From Candidatus Saccharimonas aalborgensis (GTDB lineage: Bacteria > Patescibacteriota > Saccharimonadia > Saccharimonadales > Saccharimonadaceae): a stretch of DNA of 32,000 bases. The translations under genes and the position numbers were made by a program. The stretch's first letter is position 1. Each line of letters starts with the position of its first letter. The stretch is taken from assembly GCF_000392435.1 (NCBI RefSeq), contig NC_021219.1:570001-602000 (forward strand), given 5' to 3'. This document shows positions 25,470 to 32,000 of this stretch, in pieces. The notes under the pieces were generated by a model. That model was not told where the DNA came from, did no database searches, and saw only the letters and a program-made list of their open reading frames with translations.

Positions 25470-25913
25470 ATGATGAAGATCAGTATCAAAAGGTTGCGCG
25501 GCGATGCTCCGTACCCTGCGTATCAAACTGAGCATGCGGCAGGTATGGATATCGTGGCCTGCCTCGATAAGCCGGTAGAAATCGTGCCGCATGAGCGGAG
25601 CATTATCCCCACAGGATTTGCTATCGCACTTCCACCAGGGTACGAGGCACAGATTCGTGCACGCAGCGGATTGGCAGCAAAACATGGTATTATGCCAGCA
25701 AATGGTGTCGGGACAATTGATGCCGATTATCGTGGTGAGGTAGGGGTGATCTTGCTCAACACCAGCAACACATCGTTTGTTATTGAGCCTGGGATGCGTA
25801 TCGCACAAATGGTCATCACGCGCTATGAAACAGTAGAATGGAATGAAGTTACTGAGCTCGATACGACGACACGTGGCGCAGGGGGGTTTGGTAGTACGGG
25901 GACAAAAAAATGA
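25470..25913 (+). CDS. dut: dUTP diphosphatase
   Basis: Motifs are [40 protein letters not shown] and the C-terminal [10 protein letters not shown]. Confidence 0.9.
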   Translation: MMKISIKRLRGDAPYPAYQTEHAAGMDIVACLDKPVEIVPHERSIIPTGFAIALPPGYEAQIRARSGLAAKHGIMPANGVGTIDADYRGEVGVILLNTSNTSFVIEPGMRIAQMVITRYETVEWNEVTELDTTTRGAGGFGSTGTKK

Positions 25914-26290
25914 CAAGTGACGGCCCCCTCGTAAAAGTAAAGTCCCTGCTCAAAGAAGCGAAACATATGTGTATCGCCGTAGTCACTGACGACGGTTCTC
26001 CGTGGGTAGTTCCAGTAGTGATTCGGCACCATCGAGGCGCGAAACTGTCGTGGGTATCAAGTGTGCGGACTGTTCATTCGCGGGCGATAGAGCGGGAACC
26101 GCGCATTGCCATTACTATTTTTCTCACACAGCATGATGAGTGGAAGGAAGTTGGGTTTTATGCGACAGCAATCGCAAAAAAAGGCATACCTATGCCCGGA
26201 GGCTATGCAACCTACACGGCGACCATCGAGCGAGCCTGGTATAATGGGCAAGAGCACAAAAAAACCGAAATAGCTATTGAGAATTTATAA
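25910..26290 (+). CDS. Small protein, possibly a pyridoxamine-5'-phosphate-oxidase-like (split beta-barrel) family member
   Basis: Its ATG overlaps the dut TGA (ATGA). The sequence pattern (..[19 protein letters not shown]...ITIF...) is reminiscent of PNPOx-like proteins. This assignment is weak. Confidence 0.45.
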   Translation: MTSDGPLVKVKSLLKEAKHMCIAVVTDDGSPWVVPVVIRHHRGAKLSWVSSVRTVHSRAIEREPRIAITIFLTQHDEWKEVGFYATAIAKKGIPMPGGYATYTATIERAWYNGQEHKKTEIAIENL

Positions 26291-26293
26291 CAA

Positions 26294-27259
26294 ATGACCC
26301 CTCGTTTCTCACGACACTGGTATCGTTTCCGACCTCACCTGAGGCATCGGCATCATCATTATGGCGAATATAAGCGTCGTGACTCGGCGCAAGACACGGT
26401 GCACTTACGTATCCCCAAGCAAGTTAATTTCGTTTGTAACAGTACGGACTTTTTTGACTGTGCCGAGGAGGAAGTGGCCTCGCGTCTGCAGCGACGTCCG
26501 GAGCTACATGATCTTGACCGCGACATTGACCGACTCAAAAAAAGATTTGAACGTACTAAGCAACCGCACGATGGCCTCGTGGCGCTCTTGTCACAGGTAC
26601 CGCGAGCAGTTTTGGCGCAACTACAGATGGATCAGTTCCCGCATGGCTATCGAAACAAGCGCGAACGACTTTATGAGTTGATTGATTTCAATGACACAAT
26701 GGTAAATACAATCCTTGTACTGACCGATACGCTGCGCGATCAGTTTTCGGCACGAACTAAGCAAGCAGCCGATCGTATCTGCAAACGAGTTGGTGCGCCA
26801 TGTTTTACCAACGAGCAATGGACGGCGATCATCCGTGGACTGACTCGAGAAGTAGCGGTCTATCAGGCGGCCGTCGACAACGGATTTTCGGCCTGGATGA
26901 CCGATCGCTCTCAAGATGCACTTGGTATCGATATGCAAGTCCAGGACCCAGAAACCAAACGCTATCTCAATATCGATGTAAAAACCCCCAGCTCATTTCG
27001 TCACCGTATGGAACAGTTGGTCCATGAGGGACGGCTAACTGAGCGGCAACTCCTAGAGGGTGACCGGCAGAACTATATTGTTGAGCTAAACGGCCATGGT
27101 ACGCAGCGGGTGGCAATCGTCGTGTTGTGCATCTTGCCAGATAAGTTTGGTGAGCTTGCCGAGTGGCGATTTATTGATTCAACGAAGATGAGAGACATGC
27201 TTGTACATCTCCTAAGAGAGCATGGATTGACCGATAATCGCTATGGGAGAATGTTTTAA
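26294..27259 (+). CDS. Hypothetical protein (321 aa) with a PD-(D/E)xK nuclease-like motif
   Basis: A long ORF 3 nt after the previous stop. Residues E186 (TREVAVY), D213 (LGIDMQV) and D228-V-K230 (LNIDVKT) have the spacing typical of restriction-endonuclease-like folds. The N-terminus is His/Arg-rich and the true start is uncertain. Confidence 0.55.
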   Translation: MTPRFSRHWYRFRPHLRHRHHHYGEYKRRDSAQDTVHLRIPKQVNFVCNSTDFFDCAEEEVASRLQRRPELHDLDRDIDRLKKRFERTKQPHDGLVALLSQVPRAVLAQLQMDQFPHGYRNKRERLYELIDFNDTMVNTILVLTDTLRDQFSARTKQAADRICKRVGAPCFTNEQWTAIIRGLTREVAVYQAAVDNGFSAWMTDRSQDALGIDMQVQDPETKRYLNIDVKTPSSFRHRMEQLVHEGRLTERQLLEGDRQNYIVELNGHGTQRVAIVVLCILPDKFGELAEWRFIDSTKMRDMLVHLLREHGLTDNRYGRMF

Positions 27260-27357
27260 AAAAGGTAAATTGTACTTGCATAAGCCTAAGCACAGGCGTA
27301 TTACTATGAATAGGCTTTTGATCGTATAACATACAAAGTCTAACAAAAAGGGTATAT

Positions 27358-28128
27358 ATGGGAACACGAGAGGGTGAGCTACGTAGCAGTAGCTCGTGGA
27401 ACCCAGCCGCAGAATTAGCAAGACGTATGGTCGATGAACCATATGAAGCGGCGCTTTCTGGCGTGTCAGAGACCGCGGCGCTTGACCCGCGCGACATTAG
27501 TTCTCCCTTGCTTCGCCAATATGACGAGATAAAGATGTTGTGGATGGGACATCCCAACCGAGAGCGTCGGCTAAGGGGTGAGCATCCCTGGATCAAGCGA
27601 GAGGTAGCTGACAATTATGCCGAGTATCGTATCCCTATTTTTTCAGGTTTTTCCTACGAAGAGGGAGAGGATCCACTGCTACTCCAAGTCAGTGCCGATA
27701 CCCACCGCCAAGATGGACAGCCGCTCCGCTTTTTGGTTGCTGAGCACAACCTACAAACCGGACGGTCGTTTGATCAACGGGTGTTGAGTTCATCGGTGGA
27801 CGCAGCTCGCCGATTATGGATTCAGTTGGCACCGGCAAACTATACCAATTGGTCGCCTGGCAAGCATCCCGCGCTCTTTGCTCCAAGATCAGAGCAGATT
27901 CGTATCGAAACAAGACTCAATGAACTGTACCATGCGGTTGGCTCACTCCATCTTCGTGAAGGCACTGGGGGCAGGATCATAGAGTTTCATGATATCGAGG
28001 CCCTCGAGGCGATGATTATCGCATCATTTCAGCGAGCTCACGAGAGGTGCAAAACTCAGACAGCACGGCAATTGGGGAATCGAGGGGTCAGTTACGAATT
28101 CGCGATGCCTGAAACGATTGCCGCCTAG
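27358..28128 (+). CDS. Hypothetical protein (256 aa), no recognisable domain
   Basis: The ORF is preceded by AAAAAGGG 5 nt upstream of the ATG. A 98-nt gap separates it from the previous gene. Confidence 0.55.
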   Translation: MGTREGELRSSSSWNPAAELARRMVDEPYEAALSGVSETAALDPRDISSPLLRQYDEIKMLWMGHPNRERRLRGEHPWIKREVADNYAEYRIPIFSGFSYEEGEDPLLLQVSADTHRQDGQPLRFLVAEHNLQTGRSFDQRVLSSSVDAARRLWIQLAPANYTNWSPGKHPALFAPRSEQIRIETRLNELYHAVGSLHLREGTGGRIIEFHDIEALEAMIIASFQRAHERCKTQTARQLGNRGVSYEFAMPETIAA

Positions 28129-28139
28129 AGATAAAATAA

Positions 28140-28168
28140 TTGACTTTTGTAGAGGATAGTGGTATCAT
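28140..28168 (+). promoter_or_regulatory. Strong sigma70-type promoter TTGACT-N17-(TGG)TATCAT
   Basis: -35 lies at 28140-28145 and -10 at 28163-28168 with a TGn extension. The -10 abuts ATG 28169, and the next in-frame ATG (28178) is 9 nt downstream. Confidence 0.5.
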
Positions 28169-28780
28169 ATGAAAAGAATGTACAGAGGAAGTGGACCAAA
28201 AATATTCCCGATTATCGTTGTGGTCATTGTGATCGCATTATTGATTGCGGCACTTGTTACTGTTGGAAGGATGCTCTTTGCGGGTAACTCTACGACTCAG
28301 GTGCCCCAAGTTACGAGCTCTATACGAAATGAGGTGCTGGACACCGGTACAACTAGGGGTGTTCGCTATACCGTACGTGGACCAATTGTAGCCGACGAAA
28401 AGTTCCGCTCGTATCAGATTACTGTGACGCCATCGAGCCGCGTTTACGTAGAGTATGTGGGCTATCTTGAGAGGGAAGTGCGGCGAGAAACCTTTGCCAA
28501 CAATATGCAAGCATACGAACAATTTGTCTATGCACTCGATAAAGCGGACATCAGTGTAGCTCGAGATGTAACAGGCGGAGATGACATGAGGGGCGTATGC
28601 GCTACCAATGGGTATCTCTACGTCTTTGAGACACTTGCTGGTAATACTGCCTCCAAAACACTTTGGACATCAACCTGCGGTGGATCACCTGGTTCGATGG
28701 GGGCCCCAGTTGCTCGCGTGCATGCACTATTTCGAAATCAAATACCTGATTTTACGCCCATTTTTGATAAGACACAGTAA
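28169..28780 (+). CDS. N-terminally membrane-anchored extracytoplasmic protein, unknown function
   Basis: It has a TM helix IFPIIVVVIVIALLIAALVTV followed by a soluble domain of about 160 aa with two Cys. The probable real start is ATG 28178 (MYRGSG...), given the promoter position. Confidence 0.65.
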   Translation: MKRMYRGSGPKIFPIIVVVIVIALLIAALVTVGRMLFAGNSTTQVPQVTSSIRNEVLDTGTTRGVRYTVRGPIVADEKFRSYQITVTPSSRVYVEYVGYLEREVRRETFANNMQAYEQFVYALDKADISVARDVTGGDDMRGVCATNGYLYVFETLAGNTASKTLWTSTCGGSPGSMGAPVARVHALFRNQIPDFTPIFDKTQ

Positions 28781-28798
28781 GCACCCTTTATTTCGGGG

Positions 28799-28804
28799 TA
28801 TACT
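28799..28804 (+). promoter_or_regulatory. -10 hexamer TATACT, 6 nt upstream of ATG 28811
   Basis: Read directly; no SD. Confidence 0.35.
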
Positions 28805-28810
28805 AGAGAG

Positions 28811-29386
28811 ATGATACGAGGTATTATCTTTGATTGTTTCGGTGTTCTCTATGAGGGGAGCATTTCTATGTTGCGCCGGATTTGTCCGCCCGAGAAACTT
28901 GACGAACTCAATGACCTCAACAAACAGACGGACTATGGCTACATTACGACAGATGAGTATATCGAGGGATTAGCAAGATTACTCGGAAAGTCGAGTGATG
29001 AAGTTGCTTCACTTGTCTCTCATTCGCACGTTCGCAACCAACCGCTTATCGACGAAGTACAACGCCTTAAAGGTGAGGGGTATGTGCTCGCGATGCTGAG
29101 TAATGTAGGTAATGATAGTATTGAAAGGCTTTTTCCTGCCGATCAGCTTAGTGAGCTATTCGATGTTGTTGTCCTTAGTTACAAAGAATATATGGTGAAG
29201 CCGCATCCCGCCATCTTTACAACGACTGCTGAACGGATGGGCCTCTCCCCAGGGCAATGTGTTATGATAGACGACTTGGCCACAAACTGTGAGGGTGCAG
29301 AGGTGGCGGGGATGATCTCGATCCAGCACACGAGTAACGACACTACTCGAGAATTGTTGCGTAAAATACTACACCACAGTGATTGA
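28811..29386 (+). CDS. HAD-superfamily hydrolase (subfamily IA-like)
   Basis: Motif I is IIFDCFGVL, motif II is MLSNVGN, motif III is K..KPHPAIF and motif IV is MIDDLATN. Confidence 0.8.
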   Translation: MIRGIIFDCFGVLYEGSISMLRRICPPEKLDELNDLNKQTDYGYITTDEYIEGLARLLGKSSDEVASLVSHSHVRNQPLIDEVQRLKGEGYVLAMLSNVGNDSIERLFPADQLSELFDVVVLSYKEYMVKPHPAIFTTTAERMGLSPGQCVMIDDLATNCEGAEVAGMISIQHTSNDTTRELLRKILHHSD

Positions 29387-29412
29387 CAAAAGCATAAACA
29401 ATATGCGATAAT
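29383..29412 (+). promoter_or_regulatory. Strong sigma70-type promoter TTGACA-N18-GATAAT upstream of the surface-protein cluster
   Basis: -35 lies at 29383-29388 (overlapping the HAD stop codon) and -10 at 29407-29412. Confidence 0.5.
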
Positions 29413-29452
29413 TCCCATCAGTAATACTAACGTATAGGAAACAAATACCACC

Positions 29453-30061
29453 ATGAAACAATCAATCAAATCAGCTCTCGCGATCAGCGCTGGTATGGTA
29501 GCTGTTGTTGGGGCAGTGCTCACACCAGTAGGCGTTGGCGCGGTCAGCAGCACATCAAACACCACAGTAACGGCGCAGATTCAACCAGTCATCACTATAT
29601 CATCGGGCCCAACGGTCAATATCTCGATTACGCCAAACGGTACGGGTCTGGCATCGAGCAACAGCGACACGGTGCTCGTGAGCACCAACCGTAGCACTGG
29701 CTACACGCTCAATCTCAAGGATGCTGACGCAACCACGTCACTTGGTGCCTCTATCACCGCTCACACTGGTACAGTCGCCTCGCCAACAGCACTGACCACA
29801 AACAATACCTGGGGATTTAGGGTAGACGATGCTACCGCTTATACTGGATTTACGGCGGGTCCTACCACTGCCGAGACAAACGTCGCCGCACTCACAAGTA
29901 CGAAGTGGGCAGGTATCACGGCTGCTGGAGCCAACATAAAGACGACTTCTTCGCCTGGTGCAAACAACTCAACTACTGTGTGGTACGCGGCAAAAGTAGA
30001 CACCACTATCGCTGACGGAAACTACTCAGATGTTGTCACCTATACGGCAACAACCAACTAG
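29453..30061 (+). CDS. Secreted Thr/Ser/Ala-rich surface protein, WxL-domain-like
   Basis: It has a signal peptide (…VGVGA/VSS). The composition is beta-rich. STGYTLNLK and the C-terminal GNYSDVVTYTATTN occupy the positions of the two WxL motifs of Gram-positive WxL proteins, with Tyr in place of Trp. Confidence 0.65.
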   Translation: MKQSIKSALAISAGMVAVVGAVLTPVGVGAVSSTSNTTVTAQIQPVITISSGPTVNISITPNGTGLASSNSDTVLVSTNRSTGYTLNLKDADATTSLGASITAHTGTVASPTALTTNNTWGFRVDDATAYTGFTAGPTTAETNVAALTSTKWAGITAAGANIKTTSSPGANNSTTVWYAAKVDTTIADGNYSDVVTYTATTN

Positions 30062-30084
30062 TATATTTGAGTGATCGCAATAAT

Positions 30085-30112
30085 AAACCGCTCCGGCTTC
30101 TGGGGCGGTTTT
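30085..30112 (+). terminator. Rho-independent terminator-like hairpin after the first surface-protein gene
   Basis: AAACCGC (30085-30091) pairs with GCGGTTT (30105-30111), with a possible extension, and is followed by TTTT. It lies 24 nt after the stop codon. Confidence 0.45.
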
Positions 30113-30124
30113 CGTACCAGAGAG

Positions 30125-30153
30125 TTGTCCGCTTGTGCTTATCGAGGTATACT
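30125..30153 (+). promoter_or_regulatory. Promoter TTGTCC-N17-TATACT, 7 nt upstream of ATG 30161
   Basis: Read directly. It supports 30161 rather than GTG 30071 as the start. Confidence 0.45.
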
Positions 30154-30160
30154 AGCTAAC

Positions 30161-31066
30161 ATGAGAATTACGGTATTAGCACGATGCGCACTTGTCGTGG
30201 CAGGAACATTTTTGGTAGCGAGTGCACCCCAGGCAGTCCATGCGGCGGATCAGGTAGAGAGTATCACCCTGTCTCCAACCAGTAAGAAGTATACGTTTGA
30301 TCCCGGATCAACAAAGGAAGATTCGTTTACTATCCTCAACGATGGTGAAGTGGCATACGACTTCTTAGTCTACGCAGAGCCATACTCACTTGATCCCGTA
30401 ACAAGCCAACCTATCTATCAGGGGAGTAAGGCAGCAAACGCCGATGCCAATACGTGGGTGTCCTTCGCGCAGACTAGGTGGCACATTGATCCACATCAGT
30501 CCGTACGGGTGCCGTATACAATTCGCGTCAAAGACACCGCTTCGCCCGGTGGACACTACGGGGTGATATTTGCAGAGACGCAGCCGCAATCGTCCGATAC
30601 TCAGGGTGTGTCGCTTGGACGAAAGAAGCGCGTAGGGATGATCATCTATAGTACGGTTACAGGTGATCTAAAACCGGCGGGTGCAGTTAAGCAGATTCAG
30701 ATCGACGGGTATCAGTCTCAGACGCCGCTTGAAGCATCGGTCCATATCGAGAACACAGGTAATACGGATTTTTTCCCCACCGTTAGCTACCGAGTGGAAG
30801 ATGTCTTCGGCAATACAAAATACCAAACGACAAGCTCGGACCATATCGTGCTGCCCGGTATCACTCGGACGATTCCTATGAGTTGGGATCAGGCATCGTG
30901 GTTGGGGTTCTATAAAGTCACGGTCAGTACAACGGTGTTGGGCAATACCACAACCCAGTCTTCGTACGTATTTGTCGCACCGCAGTGGTTTATTCTCCTT
31001 GTGGTAGTCTTGATAGCAACGGGTGTCGTTTATGCGATACGTAGTCACCAGACACGCCGTCGTTAG
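30161..31066 (+). CDS. Cell-surface protein, DUF916/DUF3324-like (CscA-like), with a C-terminal membrane anchor
   Basis: It has a signal peptide MRITVLARCALVVAGTFLVASAPQAVHA/AD. Two Ig-like halves carry ITLSPTSKKYTFDPGSTKEDSFTILNDG... and SPGGHYGVIFAE. The C-terminal TM helix WFILLVVVLIATGVVYAI is followed by RSHQTRRR. Confidence 0.65.
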   Translation: MRITVLARCALVVAGTFLVASAPQAVHAADQVESITLSPTSKKYTFDPGSTKEDSFTILNDGEVAYDFLVYAEPYSLDPVTSQPIYQGSKAANADANTWVSFAQTRWHIDPHQSVRVPYTIRVKDTASPGGHYGVIFAETQPQSSDTQGVSLGRKKRVGMIIYSTVTGDLKPAGAVKQIQIDGYQSQTPLEASVHIENTGNTDFFPTVSYRVEDVFGNTKYQTTSSDHIVLPGITRTIPMSWDQASWLGFYKVTVSTTVLGNTTTQSSYVFVAPQWFILLVVVLIATGVVYAIRSHQTRRR

Positions 31067-31850
31067 GCGCGTTGCCGTTGCTGCAGTGGTCACCATGACC
31101 CTAGTTTTGGGGGCCGCCCCTAGCTATGCTCTCACGTCAAATAGTGGCACAACCATCAATGTTGGTATTTGTGGTACCTCTGGAAGCACGCAATTGGCTA
31201 TTAGTTCTCCAGTGGCAAATTCGACTGTGTCCTCGGTCCCTGTGACGATACAAGGAGTGGTCAACCGGATATCGCAAATTTCTGTCTACCGTGATGGTCA
31301 GTATGATGGCGTCATACCGCTTAACACTGGTGCAACTACGTTTAGTTACATTGCGACTATGACGGCCGGTAGTCACGTGTTTCGATTTGAGGGTGTCGAT
31401 ATTTGTCAGCAGACAACACCTGTTGCTGAGATAACGATTACCTATGATCAAGCTGTTATTATCACGCACCCATCAACTCCCGGGACAGCATCGAACCCTG
31501 GTACTACGACACCAGTGACTGGGCCGGGTATCACTGAGTTTTTAGAAGGCCTTCCGCCGATAAAAATTATTTCCGATGGGTTCTATAAGCTGCTGGTGTG
31601 GTTGGATTTTGCATCACCGACCTCCTTTAGCTCTGTACCACGGATGGCCCAGCGCTTTACAGGAATGACTGTTGGACTCGCACTACTATTTTTGGCGCGC
31701 CCGCTCCTCGATGGTTATCGCTATGTTCGTTACGTAAAACTTGGTTGGCGCGCCCGTCCATTGCCGCTAGTCCTCCGTAGCCATCCCCTGGTTCTCCTGC
31801 GTATCTCCGGACTTATCATTATCACTATCGTCATTCTATTTCTCGCATAA
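31023..31850 (+). CDS. Secreted/membrane protein: signal peptide, Ig-like domain, Pro/Thr linker and C-terminal hydrophobic segments
   Basis: The N-terminus is RRVAVAAVVTMTLVLGAAPSYA/LTS. It overlaps the upstream gene by 44 nt (35 nt if the start is ATG 31032). The C-terminus has 2-3 hydrophobic helices. Confidence 0.6.
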   Translation: MSFMRYVVTRHAVVRRVAVAAVVTMTLVLGAAPSYALTSNSGTTINVGICGTSGSTQLAISSPVANSTVSSVPVTIQGVVNRISQISVYRDGQYDGVIPLNTGATTFSYIATMTAGSHVFRFEGVDICQQTTPVAEITITYDQAVIITHPSTPGTASNPGTTTPVTGPGITEFLEGLPPIKIISDGFYKLLVWLDFASPTSFSSVPRMAQRFTGMTVGLALLFLARPLLDGYRYVRYVKLGWRARPLPLVLRSHPLVLLRISGLIIITIVILFLA

Positions 31851-31859
31851 GTTTGTCTC

Positions 31860-31868
31860 TGATATACT
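31860..31868 (+). promoter_or_regulatory. Extended -10 element TGATATACT, 9 nt upstream of ATG 31878
   Basis: Read directly. Confidence 0.3.
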
Positions 31869-31877
31869 GAGAAAAGC

Positions 31878-32000
31878 ATGAGGGTATCTGTGAGGAACGT
31901 AGGTGTGCTGCTACTTGCCATTATGATAGGCGGTAGTTTTGTTAGCACAGTGAGAGCTGATCGATATAGCTCGTCTCATTATGTGATTGATGCCAGTGTC
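31878..32000 (+). CDS. 5' part of a further secreted protein (runs off the window)
   Basis: ATG 31878 gives MRVSVRNVGVLLLAIMIGGSFVSTVRA/DRYSSSHYVIDASV..., a signal-peptide-like N-terminus. The frame is open to the window end. Confidence 0.4.
   Translation, partial: MRVSVRNVGVLLLAIMIGGSFVSTVRADRYSSSHYVIDASV

Noticed and set aside
25449-25916. N-terminal 156 codons of the 266-aa minus-strand ORF 25116..25916
   Set aside because: This part is exactly antisense to a clearly recognisable dut gene and is Cys-rich, low-information sequence. Only the C-terminal 110 aa (from ATG 25448) has MazG-like motifs, and that start has its own -10 element.
27000-27030. R-x5-H (RMEQLVH) in the 26294 protein, as a possible HEPN RNase motif
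   Set aside because: It is a short degenerate motif with a high chance occurrence, and there is no supporting HEPN-like helical context that I can verify.
1-32000. Scan for tRNA, rRNA, CRISPR repeats, IS/transposase or integrase genes, and long direct or inverted repeats
   Set aside because: Intergenic regions are all about 290 nt or shorter. None shows tRNA T-loop or acceptor features or regularly spaced repeats, and no ORF has transposase or recombinase motifs. This was a by-eye scan, so short or diverged elements could have been missed.

Overview
This window is gene-dense, with about 40 CDS on both strands and no rRNA, tRNA, CRISPR array, IS element or integrase that I could find. It uses the standard genetic code (TGA, TAA and TAG all terminate recognisable genes). 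All functional calls come from reading conserved motifs in the translations; no database search was run. The content is mostly housekeeping. It includes a class I ribonucleotide reductase (nrdA 3' part, a small ORF, nrdB) followed by an NRAMP Mn/Fe importer, and a CcdA plus membrane-thioredoxin pair. It also has pyrG and argS, and an arginine block (argG-argH, a short ArgA-like GNAT, an ArgE/DapE-type M20 hydrolase and arginine deiminase arcA). Further genes are mscL, a CapA-like protein, orn, an MmcQ/YjbR protein, dnaG-rpoD, a P-loop kinase, polA-def, and divergent MazG-like and dut genes. Two orphan genes follow, one with a PD-(D/E)xK-like motif, then a HAD hydrolase. The window ends with a run of four secreted or membrane-anchored proteins resembling a WxL/DUF916 (csc-type) cell-surface cluster. 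The compactness and gene set are compatible with a streamlined Gram-positive-type or CPR (Saccharibacteria-like) genome, but that is inference only. The most interesting observations are: (1) NrdA lacks the usual C-terminal cysteine pair, while a 57-codon ORF ending in CDGCE sits between nrdA and nrdB. (2) NrdB has class Ic-type ligands (Glu, and Phe in place of the radical Tyr) and is followed by mntH. (3) All four zinc ligands of the DnaG zinc ribbon are substituted. (4) At least ten genes have a -10 hexamer 6-8 nt upstream of the ATG, implying leaderless mRNAs, including two back-to-back divergent pairs. (5) arcA is clustered with argG and argH. (6) The surface-protein cluster has its own strong promoter and an internal terminator. 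(7) The orphan PD-(D/E)xK-like gene and its partner have no recognisable function.
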